From: a virus
Taxonomy: Duplodnaviria; Caudoviricetes
Strand: one strand, 5' to 3'
DNA length: 33,019 nucleotides
Virus record (IMG/VR): IMGVR_UViG_3300035531_000018
Location: 1-33,019 of that record
Positions 8,116 to 18,407 of this stretch are shown piece by piece. The notes under the pieces are model-generated. The model saw only the letters and a program-made list of their open reading frames with translations. It searched no databases and was not told the DNA's origin. Each line of letters starts with the position of its first letter. The stretch's first letter is position 1. The position numbers and the translations under genes are program-made.

Positions 8116-8917
8116 CTGCCTCCTTAGTCTTCTTCAACTTATGGTTGCCTTGCTTGTAGTCAACGTAACTATCATATAATATGTTCTTTAACACAACCTT
8201 CTTTGGTATCTCATACTTAAACTTAAAGATTTGTGGGAAGTAAGTCATCAAGAACGTTATTATCAACCCTACGGATATAATAAGCAAACTCACGAACGCT
8301 GTTCCGACATTGTCTAACACGAACATCATGTTGACTGTCATTGAACCAAACAACACGCCAGTGAACGCTTTTCTTATTTGTTTCTTCAACTTACCCTCGT
8401 TCTTTTTCATTGAGGCTTGGTAGTCTACGTTACCGTTCTTCGTAACCTCGTAATATAAAGGTAAGTTAAACCCATATATATTGTGTCTAATAGGCTTCAA
8501 GCCGTCATACTCTTTGCGCTCTTCTTCAGTCAACTCATCGACTGTTTTGTCGCCTACGCTGAACAAGTAGTCTTCTTGCACTGTCACTAACTCGTGAACG
8601 TTCAAAGCCTTAACATATGCTCTAAAGTCTTTCATCTCATTATTAACATTCGTTATCAATTTATTATTCAACTTGTCAGCCAACTCGAACTCTTCGCTGT
8701 TAAGTCCGTTGCTCGTGCCTGAATCATATGCACCACTGACCATGTTCACATTAAGCCATATCACGAATAATATTTGTATCCATGTGTTGTGGTCTTTGAC
8801 AGTCGACTCAAGCGTACCATCGAACGACATGACCCTATAAGCGAAGTAACCAATCAAGGACAACACTATAATTATCCATACATAATTCTTGTACACTTTG
8901 TCCATGAACTTAGGCAT
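8033..8917 (-). CDS. Membrane protein (2 TM, soluble domain, 2 TM)
   Basis: 294 aa; hydrophobic segments near aa 12-30, 45-62, 184-201 and 206-227. Confidence 0.85.
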   Translation of the reverse strand: MPKFMDKVYKNYVWIIIVLSLIGYFAYRVMSFDGTLESTVKDHNTWIQILFVIWLNVNMVSGAYDSGTSNGLNSEEFELADKLNNKLITNVNNEMKDFRAYVKALNVHELVTVQEDYLFSVGDKTVDELTEEERKEYDGLKPIRHNIYGFNLPLYYEVTKNGNVDYQASMKKNEGKLKKQIRKAFTGVLFGSMTVNMMFVLDNVGTAFVSLLIISVGLIITFLMTYFPQIFKFKYEIPKKVVLKNILYDSYVDYKQGNHKLKKTKEADDEEDNVNVVADTDTVSDDQLQQAEGV

Positions 8918-9591
8918 TACTTGTCACCACCCAACGCATCTTTAAGACTTCGCATCAAGTCGCTCTCGACCTTGTCAGCCTCATCATCAGTAATAAAGTT
9001 CTCGTTCACAAAGTACTCTAGACAATATATAGCCCAACTGATAGTTGCGATTAAGAACACCATAAATAAATTACTCACTATTGTATCAATGACTAATAGC
9101 ACTAACGTACCAGTCACTAATGCAAGCAGTGTCGATATGCGTGGGTATTTCTTGTACCACTGCATCTTACCTTGCACAACCATCAACACAATGAACACGC
9201 CAACTGCATTAATAAGGAACGCCATAGGCAACTTATACCCTGTCGAGCGTTGCAACTCTAACGCCTTAATGTCTTTCAACTCTCCATCCTCAACGCCCCA
9301 GTAGCCATCATCGGTCTGGATAATAGTCTCCTCATCGTAATAGAACACTGTACGCCCATCCTCATAGGCGAAAACACCCTCGATAACAGCACTTTCCTTG
9401 TCAGTGTATATATAAGTGTCAGTTATGATTAAGTCCTCGCTATCCGCGTGTTTTATGGTGTAATCAGGGTTGATATTGAATAGTGTTGCTGACAAGAACA
9501 AATACAACGGCAACGGCACTGCTAAAGTGAATATGGTTATTATCTTATATATCAACTTTTGCTTATTCTTCTTGGCTGCCATATAAAGCAC
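8917..9591 (-). CDS. Membrane protein (1 TM, acidic beta-rich loop, 3 TM)
   Basis: 224 aa with four hydrophobic segments. Confidence 0.85.
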   Translation of the reverse strand: MLYMAAKKNKQKLIYKIITIFTLAVPLPLYLFLSATLFNINPDYTIKHADSEDLIITDTYIYTDKESAVIEGVFAYEDGRTVFYYDEETIIQTDDGYWGVEDGELKDIKALELQRSTGYKLPMAFLINAVGVFIVLMVVQGKMQWYKKYPRISTLLALVTGTLVLLVIDTIVSNLFMVFLIATISWAIYCLEYFVNENFITDDEADKVESDLMRSLKDALGGDK

Positions 9592-9988
9592 CCTCTATCT
9601 GCTCTTTGATAGTTTGCTCGATTAACGGATTGGATAATTTACTACCAAGATCAATTTTTAATAACTTAATTAACTCATCGTTTTGTGTCTTGACTTTAGC
9701 AAGTTCTTCTTGCAACGCTTGATAATGTCCAACCATCGCTAACCACTTGTCCATAGCAGTCTTATTCATATCTAATTGCTCATTCTTAGCCTTAGTCAAG
9801 AACGCCCTAACTGCTACTGCGCCTGAGCCCAACAAGAACGTTGATGAGCCACTGACTAATGCTGTGAGCCAATTAAGGTCTAATATATCTTGATACTCGA
9901 CTGGTAGCGATAAATACACAAACGATAATATTGAGTAGCCTAACAGTGTGTACACACCGATATTAAATAATTTACCTTTTAACTTCAT
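9563..9988 (-). CDS. Membrane protein (2 TM and C-terminal coiled coil), possibly holin-like
   Basis: 141 aa; two N-terminal hydrophobic helices then a heptad-rich tail. Confidence 0.8.
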   Translation of the reverse strand: MKLKGKLFNIGVYTLLGYSILSFVYLSLPVEYQDILDLNWLTALVSGSSTFLLGSGAVAVRAFLTKAKNEQLDMNKTAMDKWLAMVGHYQALQEELAKVKTQNDELIKLLKIDLGSKLSNPLIEQTIKEQIEGALYGSQEE

Positions 9989-10191
9989 CGTGAAATCAAC
10001 CTCCTAACAACTTCTACATTTTCCAACTTAGCCTTCTTTAATTCTTCCTTAGTCTCTCTAAGTTCACTCTCTAATTTAGAGATGGTCTCGTTCGTTTCTT
10101 TTTTGAATTTAACCAACTCTTTTGTCACTGGTAGTTCCTGAATGTCTACCCACTTGATCTCGGCACCTTTGCCTTTGATTCCAACTTTCAC
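9985..10191 (-). CDS. Small coiled-coil protein
   Basis: 68 aa; overlaps both neighbours by 4 nt. Confidence 0.7.
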   Translation of the reverse strand: MKVGIKGKGAEIKWVDIQELPVTKELVKFKKETNETISKLESELRETKEELKKAKLENVEVVRRLISR

Positions 10192-10466
10192 TTTCTTACC
10201 TCCTTAAAATCTTCTTTATAAATCAATCTATATATAATTACGGACAACGGCAATATAATAAGCGGTTTTTCTAACGCAAAAGGCGACCATAAAAATATTA
10301 AATAAGCCTTTGCAAAAGTAGATAACCAACTCGGCACAAAATCAATAAAAGCAATCGCATACCAAATGCCGTTAGTAATACACCAAATAACAAGAACGAT
10401 AGGTAACATTTTAGGGGTGAGATATGGTTTCACCCACCCCCACGTTACATTAAGAATTTTCTTCAT
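10188..10466 (-). CDS. Small hydrophobic membrane protein (holin candidate)
   Basis: 92 aa, 2-3 TM segments, charged C-terminus. Confidence 0.75.
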   Translation of the reverse strand: MKKILNVTWGWVKPYLTPKMLPIVLVIWCITNGIWYAIAFIDFVPSWLSTFAKAYLIFLWSPFALEKPLIILPLSVIIYRLIYKEDFKEVRK

Positions 10467-10584
10467 CTAACTTTTCTTGAACAGCCTCACGATAAGGTGT
10501 CGGCACTTGCTCAATGGTAATCTTGCCATTTTTAACTGACTGTGCTAATGACTTTACTAAAATACTTTCTTCAATTTTTGTCAT
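10450..10584 (-). CDS. 44-aa CD1375-like small protein (not in ORF track)
   Basis: MTKIEESILVKSLAQSVKNGKITIEQVPTPYREAVQEKL...; the G-x-x-T-I-E-Q-V-P-x-x-x-R-x-x-V pattern typically follows tail-fibre genes in Bacillota phages. Confidence 0.75.
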   Translation of the reverse strand: MTKIEESILVKSLAQSVKNGKITIEQVPTPYREAVQEKLDEENS

Positions 10585-10596
10585 AATGTTTCCCCC

Positions 10597-13500
10597 CTAT
10601 CTTGCTACATAGTAATGAATATCAAATTCATCAACTAAAATGTCGCCTACATAAGCCGTATCATCTCTATATAATTTCATAATCATAATTGCACTGTCGC
10701 CATAGCCTACACCACTAATTGGACTTTCACCATATACCATATTTGATATTGTGCCACTCGACCACGTTGCAGTATTAACATTCATTGTGTAAGTCGTGAA
10801 AGTCGCTGGTATTGCTTCGCCATCAGGGTTGTAAATCTTATAATCAATCTTGAACACAGGTTGTCCACTACCTGCAAGCCTACAATGAACGTGCGGAACT
10901 AATGGACTGTCAGTAACTCTATTATGTGGTAACTGTGCTATGATGTAAAGTATTTCGTTTGTATTTCCATTAGGGAATAAGTAGCCAATGTTCGTGCTAT
11001 CAAAGTCAGGTCGCCCACTCGCTGGTTGCGAAAGTGCCGTAACAGGAAAACGTAAATCTTCCATAGCCATATAGTAATTTATTGTCGTTAAGCCATCAAC
11101 GTAAGTTCCTGTATAATAATACTCAACATAGAATAAGTCGCCATCAGTTGCCCCTGTAATCGCTGATATTTGATTAGATGTCAGGGTTGCTGTCGATGTA
11201 TCGAATTCAGTTTGTGAGCCATCGCTATTGATTTTAATGAGTTTATCTATTGTGCTAATGTCATATGTCGTTGTAAGACCCGATGAGTATGAAAGCACTT
11301 CTTGATACACGTTATCAACGTAAACTGTGCCGTTAGGGTGTCCTTGTAAGTTGCCTATTGGTTGCAGTTCGGTTTCAATAGGTGTTGCGAGTTCATATGT
11401 CAAGAAACCATCGCCACTTGTGCTGTCAGTGCCTATGATACCTGTTTCACTACCACCTGCCGTTAAGTAATTTATAAATACGCCACCACTTTTAGCATCA
11501 GGGTAATTCGTAAGGTCAACACTAACAACACCTGTAACATCATCAGTGCCTATGCGTTGTGTCTTAATAAGTTTACCGTTAACAGTATCTACACTATCTT
11601 TAGTATCGCCTATTGAATACCCCACGCCACCGTTCACGAACATATCGTGATTAACGTATGGCTCGTATGTGGTTGCTGTTGAGCCTTGTTCGAGTTGAAG
11701 TGTGTCTAAATCAGCCTCTTTTGAATAAGATAAAATTGCATAAATAGCATTTGAAGGTGATGTGTCCGTTGTTGCACCATCTACGAAGGTTGACAATGTT
11801 CTTGATATATAATTTTTATCATAATCATACCACGAGATATAATTTGAGTAAGTCATATTGTTGTCAATATATCTGGTATAATTAACCCCACCTATAATTT
11901 TAATATAATTAGTCCTATTTCTATTATTAACAGTCGGTTGTAGAATACCTGTTAATGAGTTTGCTTCTTCACTTAACACTATATCATTTCTATCAAACAA
12001 ATTCTTCCCAACAGCCCTATAACGCTTGTTCATGTTCTCGCTTAATATATTATTAGGCAACGTTCCGTTTTGCACCCATAAGTCCATTTGTGCTTTGATT
12101 TCACTATCACTCATTAGGTCAAACGTTGTGTCATACATTGGTGAGTATTGTTTGTTTGCTATATCAGTTTCAGTATCGTTGATATTTACTTTGTATATAA
12201 CGTTTGTAAGTGTTGCACCGTTTGCCACTACTAATGTAATAGTCGTGCCTTCTAATGTAACCACGCCACTATAATCAGTGCCATAGACTGCATTTAAGGC
12301 TGTTACGCCATTAAATAATGTGATAACGCCATCACTTGTACCACTAACATAATCTTGGTTAATATATGCTTTGTCAGTTGCGGTTAAACCTGTAACTAAT
12401 GTGAAAGTTGTTTCAGCCGTTGCTGTTCCGCTTAAAGTTATTTGATTACCACTTACAGTTGCAGTGATACCATTTGTTGTTGTAGTTGTAAGGTTAAACT
12501 TATTCTCACTATCTAACAACAACCCCTCTTGCTTAACTTTCAATTCAGCATTGGCTACATCTTTGCCTAATGCTATAACATCAGTACCTTGTGCCGTTCC
12601 TGTTTCTTCGCCTGCGTTTATCTTGCGTAACGTTTCTTGCGTATCGGCTAATTTCTTATCAAGTTCGGCATCTTTTGTTTTTAAGTTTAGTATATCAGTA
12701 TCGTTGCTTACGATATTATCAGCGTTTGTTTTGATTTGTGTGTCTAACGCTTGATTTGCTTCTTGTTGATTTGTTGCACTATCTAAATAATTACTTCCAG
12801 TTTCATCAACAACGATTTGTTCATCGTTCATAGGTTGTAATTCAATACCATAGATTTTTAATGTATAACCTGTTGCTACGTTACTAAATGTGATATCAGT
12901 CGCACCTACTGTTGCTGTGATAGTTGCGTTATCGAAAAACTCTAAAACTGTTCCATTTGTCAATTCACTCATAGGCACTTTATCGGTATCTATTTCGCCT
13001 GTTGCTATTTCTCTACAAACAAATAACACTTGGTTTTTATCAGTTAATGTGCTTAACGCTAATACACCAGTATCACCTAATGGTGTTGGTGTTAAATCAG
13101 TTTGTGTAACCCCATAACCACTAAAATAATCACTTATGATACCATCAACTTCGCTTTCGGTATAGTATCTATTGTCTAATTGTCCTGCATCTAACTCACT
13201 CGCTTTATAATAAGCGGTCGCTACATCAAACGCTAACAATTTTGAATAATCTTCTTTACTCATTAAGCCATCATTAACTGCACTTGCTAAACTAATAATC
13301 GCTTGTCCCATATTTTCCCAACTGTCGCCATCGTAATACCATTCGTTGTCATCGGTATCAACTAACACATCACCTGTAACAGGTGTTCTTGAGAAGTTAG
13401 TATCAATGTAAGTTGTAAGTAATGTTGTGTCAGCCGTAATCTCAGCAGTTGTATTGCTAATCAAACCCCTAAACACATATGCACCTTGTAACGCACTAAT

Positions 13501-14661
13501 CAATGATCTAATATCGGTATGACTATCAACAGCGCTATTATGAGTCGATATTTTCGTATTAACATTTATAATCGTTTCTTTTGTATCAAGTGTATCTTTA
13601 ACCAATTTAGCACTTGGATATTGTGTGTCATTTGGTGTTCCCCAGGATACGATTTTATTGGCAAGTAACTCTCTTAAACTAATTGCTGTTGCATTAGCAC
13701 CAATGCTATTTGCATTTGCATCAACTTCCGCTTGTAATGCTGATAAGAAAGCCGTTTTAGTTATATTTACATAGTTAGCACCACTTCTAATCAATATATC
13801 GTTATCAGCGATACTTGTTTCAACTACATTCGCCAAGTCTTTTAAGACATTCGTTACGGTCATAACTTCTTCATTACCTGACCCACGATTGATTATTAAG
13901 TTTGTGCCGTCAAAAGTTATTACAACTGTGCCATCAGCGCTATATAATGTAATACTACCAACGTTGTCTATGTCGTTGCTATCCATGTCTAAGTCGTCTG
14001 TCATTTTGCGTGTGCCATCTTTTCTCAACATCTTACTTAACTCTTCAAGTATAAGTTCAGTGTTACTTGGTGCGTGGCTTGGGTCTTCAGTGAATATACC
14101 TTGCTCTAGGGCGAAGTCTGCGACCTCTGTCACTTGCTTACTCACACCTACTTGTTTTTTTGCTTCATAATCAACCCAAGTCACTAGGTCTGCATCATAG
14201 TACCAATCCGTGTCAGTATCAATAACCCTAACGAACTGGTCATCCGTTGCGCTTGGGTAGTCCGCTGCCAACGCTGCGATTATCTCAGCACTAACCTCAG
14301 TGTTATACTTCTCAACGCCTAAGAAGTCGCCCTCAATATACCAAAACTCTACCTTAACCCTAACACCTGTTGAGTTCATAAGACTCATATCATTAAGCAC
14401 TGCGCCTGGCAACACAAAGTTCCATCTTGAATATTCGCCCTCTGCGCTTAATGGTGACATATATAGGCGCTCGGTTGCTCTTAATTTAGGATTGACCACG
14501 CTACCTTTAAGTCCTTGCACGACTGCATAGGCTGTGTTGAAGCCACTGACAGGCGCTAACACCTCAATGGTGTTGGCCTGTTCAGCGTACGCTCTTATCG
14601 GTTGCGATGTCTGAGTGTCTATCGCTAGCGTCTCGGTGTACGTTATCTTGTTTAGATTCAT
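10597..14661 (-). CDS. Large tail fibre / receptor-binding protein (1354 aa, multi-domain)
   Basis: Follows the tail genes; acidic and Thr-rich; DGLMSKEDYSKL fibre motif, coiled coils, GKNLFD...QLEQGSTATTYEPY carbohydrate-binding-like domain. Confidence 0.85.
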   Translation of the reverse strand: MNLNKITYTETLAIDTQTSQPIRAYAEQANTIEVLAPVSGFNTAYAVVQGLKGSVVNPKLRATERLYMSPLSAEGEYSRWNFVLPGAVLNDMSLMNSTGVRVKVEFWYIEGDFLGVEKYNTEVSAEIIAALAADYPSATDDQFVRVIDTDTDWYYDADLVTWVDYEAKKQVGVSKQVTEVADFALEQGIFTEDPSHAPSNTELILEELSKMLRKDGTRKMTDDLDMDSNDIDNVGSITLYSADGTVVITFDGTNLIINRGSGNEEVMTVTNVLKDLANVVETSIADNDILIRSGANYVNITKTAFLSALQAEVDANANSIGANATAISLRELLANKIVSWGTPNDTQYPSAKLVKDTLDTKETIINVNTKISTHNSAVDSHTDIRSLISALQGAYVFRGLISNTTAEITADTTLLTTYIDTNFSRTPVTGDVLVDTDDNEWYYDGDSWENMGQAIISLASAVNDGLMSKEDYSKLLAFDVATAYYKASELDAGQLDNRYYTESEVDGIISDYFSGYGVTQTDLTPTPLGDTGVLALSTLTDKNQVLFVCREIATGEIDTDKVPMSELTNGTVLEFFDNATITATVGATDITFSNVATGYTLKIYGIELQPMNDEQIVVDETGSNYLDSATNQQEANQALDTQIKTNADNIVSNDTDILNLKTKDAELDKKLADTQETLRKINAGEETGTAQGTDVIALGKDVANAELKVKQEGLLLDSENKFNLTTTTTNGITATVSGNQITLSGTATAETTFTLVTGLTATDKAYINQDYVSGTSDGVITLFNGVTALNAVYGTDYSGVVTLEGTTITLVVANGATLTNVIYKVNINDTETDIANKQYSPMYDTTFDLMSDSEIKAQMDLWVQNGTLPNNILSENMNKRYRAVGKNLFDRNDIVLSEEANSLTGILQPTVNNRNRTNYIKIIGGVNYTRYIDNNMTYSNYISWYDYDKNYISRTLSTFVDGATTDTSPSNAIYAILSYSKEADLDTLQLEQGSTATTYEPYVNHDMFVNGGVGYSIGDTKDSVDTVNGKLIKTQRIGTDDVTGVVSVDLTNYPDAKSGGVFINYLTAGGSETGIIGTDSTSGDGFLTYELATPIETELQPIGNLQGHPNGTVYVDNVYQEVLSYSSGLTTTYDISTIDKLIKINSDGSQTEFDTSTATLTSNQISAITGATDGDLFYVEYYYTGTYVDGLTTINYYMAMEDLRFPVTALSQPASGRPDFDSTNIGYLFPNGNTNEILYIIAQLPHNRVTDSPLVPHVHCRLAGSGQPVFKIDYKIYNPDGEAIPATFTTYTMNVNTATWSSGTISNMVYGESPISGVGYGDSAIMIMKLYRDDTAYVGDILVDEFDIHYYVAR

Positions 14662-14717
14662 TATTGCCCTCCTTTTTTATTACTTTATATTTCGTTTTAA
14701 ACTTACCTTTCATATTA

Positions 14718-15071
14718 TCACTCGATTGTATAAGTATAGTTTTCTAGTCTCAGCGTTTCGCCATCTTCTAACGTGATGGTGCTGTCGAACAAGTCGGTCT
14801 TAACTGCTGAATCTGCCGCCAAAGGGTCTCCATCATAAGCAGTCAAACTTGAACTAAACAACGCTACACCAATGATATTTATGCTAGATCCGCTTGAGTT
14901 AGTGAAGTCCATCTCCGTGCTATTAGCCAACACACCACTGCTTGCACTCGCCCAACTCGTGGTTACAAAGCCATCACATAAGTTAGAGCCTTCAATGATA
15001 TAACCAATTTTGTCAATAAAGCCTGTTGCGTTAAGCCTGTCTAATAATATGTTCTTGTTTTCATTTGTCAT
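14718..15071 (-). CDS. Small tail-tip / fibre-attachment protein
   Basis: 117 aa; SWASASSGVLANSTEMDF..IGVALF..TITLEDGETLR resembles small beta-sandwich tail-tip proteins. Confidence 0.6.
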   Translation of the reverse strand: MTNENKNILLDRLNATGFIDKIGYIIEGSNLCDGFVTTSWASASSGVLANSTEMDFTNSSGSSINIIGVALFSSSLTAYDGDPLAADSAVKTDLFDSTITLEDGETLRLENYTYTIE

Positions 15072-15072
15072 T

Positions 15073-17988
15073 CTATATTTCCTCCAATTCTACAATATAA
15101 TAATCATATGTCGCTGGCAACGTTCCATCTGTCACACGGATAATATCGCCCTCGAATAATGTAACACTTAATTGTGTCTCAATTTCTTCGATAGTCACAT
15201 TAGATGGTGTGCTGTCAGTAAATGTGTAATCATAGTTAGTATCTAATGTCGTGGCAAGCACTCTTTGAGTCATCCTATACATACTATTGAATAATGTCCT
15301 ATTATCAAACTCAACATTTCTGTTGATAATGCGTTTAATCACATAATCTGCTGTGAATGATGTTGAGTTACTAAAACTTGCACGCTCTACTTCTATCCAT
15401 TTGCTCCAAGCCACGCTGAACGATGTTAGGTTGCTGAAGTTAGCATCTTTGAAGTAGAAGTCTAAGTCTCTCTCGAATCTTGTCAATTTAAAGTTGAACT
15501 TAATCTCGCTCACTGAATTATTACCTGCTATGACTATCTCATCGCCATACGCTAGGCACCAGAACTCTATCGCCTCATCTAGGCTATCAAGCACAGTCAA
15601 TGTCTGCCCTGTCAAGTTAACCTGTCCACCACTCACTACTGTGTCAGTCGCCCTAACGTACTTGTCGAACACTGTATAGGCTGACAAGCCTTCATATAGT
15701 GTCAGTGTCGGCGCTGTCTCGAACTCTTTGATTAAGTTGTTGTACTTAGTGAACGCGTTACCTATCACTATGTCCTCATCCTCGCTATACACGACTAACT
15801 GGCTCGTGAACGCTAACGATGCATTGATATCTTTGTCTAGTCGATAGGTTTTGTTCTGCCAATAGTCCCCTGAGCCATTACGCACTCGCGGATAATACTT
15901 GCGACTTGCTGTGTCGTCTAAATAGTCGACCTCGTTCTCTAACGTGAACGACATAGTGAATAGACTAAAATCATCCTCGTTCACATAATACACTGGGTCT
16001 TTATACCAAGCATATGTGCCTCGGCCTGCATCACCAGTGAATATCATACCATTACCAGCAATGCGTGGGTCATCGAACGCGAAGTGTAACAATATCATGT
16101 TACCACTTCCTACCCCAACGACTGGCGCATCTATACGCCTACTGCTCGCCAAGATGTTCGCGTTAGTCAACGGCTTATTGTACGCGCTATCATAGTCTAA
16201 TATGTTGAGCGCTACTTTCTCGCCATCTGCTGTTAGTAATGATGAGTCCACTTTATCATCACCTTGATACGCCTCTATGTACTGTCTATATATAAAGTTC
16301 GATTGCACTGCCTTACCAGTGAACGCATATGCGCTCGGTTGCCTTGACACTGCATACTCTCTATCGGTGTTAGAGAAGCCCTTAGCCATATCGGCTATAC
16401 ACACAATATTGTTCGTGTCTATTTGCCACCTAACATCAATGATAAGCCACTCGCCTACATAGTCGCCTAGTTGCCAGCGCTCAGCCCAAGTGTTGAACGA
16501 CTGCGTAACGTTCTTGATCACGTTACCTATACGGTTGGCTAAGGCGTTGTTGTTCTCGATGTATCTACCTATATCAACAAATGAGTCTCGCTGGTTATTA
16601 AGTATTGTTGTCTTATTCAACGTACCAGCAGTGTACTTCTCAGCAACGAAGTCAATGTCTCTACGTGGTCTGTATTTAAAACGCGCTTCGATGTTTTCAG
16701 TGTTTTCATCAATATAAAATCTATTTCTCAAGTTCCTTAATGTAATTATCTCTAGCCGTTCAGCGAACGTTAAGGCTTTAAATATCGCTTTAGTCTCACT
16801 TGATGCTGGGCTGCCATCATCGTTCAATAAGTAGTTGTCTATCAAGTTATCCCATTCGTTCTCTAACGCTGAATAGACTGCGTATTGATTAGTTGCACTT
16901 CTTAAGTGATAAATGTTGTTAGGGAAGCCTAAAAACCCTGTAATTTGTGAATATAAGTTCTCAATGTATCGTCCCTGCGCATCGTACGATACACAATTCT
17001 CTTTAACTCTCTCAGGTGTGCCATCGCCTAACCATTCATTGAAGAAGTCATCACCAATCGACTTTAATGAATTGAATCGTTCAGTCTCTAACACATTACG
17101 GGTAATATCAATGTCAATAGACGCGCCTGCTTGCAAATAATAGCGCTCGCTACCCACTGCGCCTTCATAGTCAATGTAAGTGTTGACCTTTAACTCTTTA
17201 CGCACATACACCTTATCTATCGCCATAATAGGGCTGTCCAACTCGTATCTCAGCGCTGAGGTCTGGAACATTGTCCCCTCGTTGCGTGGCGTGACCCAGC
17301 CTGCCTTCGATGGGTACCATATATAACTCGACTCATCAACTGCGTTGCGTGACTTAGCCAGTACCTCGGTTGCGTAGTCTATGTCGTTGACTGTCGACTG
17401 CTCGCCTTCAGTTGATAGTGTCAGCGCACTACCTCTCTTGGTGTATAACTCGTGCGTGATTGTCCAAGTATCAGTCGCGCTGTCGTAAGTCGCCCTTGGT
17501 ATAGCGTTGATTGACCTAAATAAGTCATAGACTATCTCGGCCAGTGACCCGCTGTATTCTTTGTTAGGGACTTGCGTGTTGAACAAGTCATCATCCGTGT
17601 AATCGAACAAAAAATCTTGATACTCTTCTAACTCTCGCTTATAGATGTCTAGTATCTCCCTTATGGTATATGGCTCGCCATTTTTTAATGTGAACGCTCT
17701 ATCAACTGGGAACACTGTCTCTAACTTAAGCATACATTCGCCTAAGTTGATTTGGTGCTCATATAAATCATCTTTGAGTAGCAACGGCTCATCTGACTGC
17801 ACGACATATTGTTCGTAGTCGCCAACCTCACCTAACTTGACCACACTGTATGGCTCGTATCTCTCTGCTCTCGTGCTCACGACTGTTATCTTGCCGTAGT
17901 CAGCAACCTCTTTACGGTTACGCTCAGCGACTGCCTCGACAACATCGGTTAGCACATCATCTATAAATACACTAATCATAATACACAC
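15073..17988 (-). CDS. Putative baseplate hub / Tal-like tail-tip protein (971 aa)
   Basis: Position in the tail module; segments such as LAEIVYDLFRSINAIPRA and WQLGDYVGEWLIIDVRWQI resemble gp27/Tal-type hub elements. The start may be the Met at 17979. Confidence 0.6.
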   Translation of the reverse strand: MCIMISVFIDDVLTDVVEAVAERNRKEVADYGKITVVSTRAERYEPYSVVKLGEVGDYEQYVVQSDEPLLLKDDLYEHQINLGECMLKLETVFPVDRAFTLKNGEPYTIREILDIYKRELEEYQDFLFDYTDDDLFNTQVPNKEYSGSLAEIVYDLFRSINAIPRATYDSATDTWTITHELYTKRGSALTLSTEGEQSTVNDIDYATEVLAKSRNAVDESSYIWYPSKAGWVTPRNEGTMFQTSALRYELDSPIMAIDKVYVRKELKVNTYIDYEGAVGSERYYLQAGASIDIDITRNVLETERFNSLKSIGDDFFNEWLGDGTPERVKENCVSYDAQGRYIENLYSQITGFLGFPNNIYHLRSATNQYAVYSALENEWDNLIDNYLLNDDGSPASSETKAIFKALTFAERLEIITLRNLRNRFYIDENTENIEARFKYRPRRDIDFVAEKYTAGTLNKTTILNNQRDSFVDIGRYIENNNALANRIGNVIKNVTQSFNTWAERWQLGDYVGEWLIIDVRWQIDTNNIVCIADMAKGFSNTDREYAVSRQPSAYAFTGKAVQSNFIYRQYIEAYQGDDKVDSSLLTADGEKVALNILDYDSAYNKPLTNANILASSRRIDAPVVGVGSGNMILLHFAFDDPRIAGNGMIFTGDAGRGTYAWYKDPVYYVNEDDFSLFTMSFTLENEVDYLDDTASRKYYPRVRNGSGDYWQNKTYRLDKDINASLAFTSQLVVYSEDEDIVIGNAFTKYNNLIKEFETAPTLTLYEGLSAYTVFDKYVRATDTVVSGGQVNLTGQTLTVLDSLDEAIEFWCLAYGDEIVIAGNNSVSEIKFNFKLTRFERDLDFYFKDANFSNLTSFSVAWSKWIEVERASFSNSTSFTADYVIKRIINRNVEFDNRTLFNSMYRMTQRVLATTLDTNYDYTFTDSTPSNVTIEEIETQLSVTLFEGDIIRVTDGTLPATYDYYIVELEEI

Positions 17989-18406
17989 TACCTTTGCCTA
18001 TACTGACCCTACGCCCTCTTAACTTATTCTCCATCTCGGTTGCAACGTTGCGCCTGTATATCTCGCGTTGTCTCAATACCTCATCGACTGAGCCTTTGAT
18101 AGCAACACCTGCTATTGCTAATGGTCCACCCTTCGCTATCAGCAATGCATAACCCCCTGCCATCATAGCGCTATTGATTCTTGACTGCAACACCTCGTTA
18201 CCAGTTGTCTTGGCTATCTCGCTACGTGCAGCGCCTATGACTGCCTGCGCGACTAATGCACCGCCTGCTATGAGTGCAGCGTTGCGCCCTAGATCATGGC
18301 TTGATGAGGCTATCTCGTTGGTCGGTGATTGCGGTGACATAGGCGTGTCGCCAGTTATCTCCTTACGCTCATATATTGTATAATTGCCTCTATTGAAGAA
18401 TGCCAT
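17972..18406 (-). CDS. Ala/Gly-rich hydrophobic protein; candidate miniature tape-measure / ejection protein
   Basis: 144 aa, two Ala/Gly-rich hydrophobic helices, located in the tape-measure slot between tube-like and hub-like genes. Confidence 0.55.
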   Translation of the reverse strand: MAFFNRGNYTIYERKEITGDTPMSPQSPTNEIASSSHDLGRNAALIAGGALVAQAVIGAARSEIAKTTGNEVLQSRINSAMMAGGYALLIAKGGPLAIAGVAIKGSVDEVLRQREIYRRNVATEMENKLRGRRVSIGKGSVYYD

Positions 18407-18407
18407 A

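Noticed and set aside
7864-8917. Firm annotation as a classical Rz/Rz1 spanin pair
   Set aside because: The upstream protein has four TM segments rather than one TM plus a periplasmic coiled coil, and the host signals look monoderm; kept only as an analogy.
10597-14661. Diversity-generating retroelement targeting the fibre gene
   Set aside because: No reverse transcriptase and no template/variable repeat pair seen.
14582-14713. Small ORF MKGKFKTKYKVIKKEG... overlapping the fibre gene start
   Set aside because: No clear RBS and most of it overlaps the fibre gene out of frame; cannot be supported.
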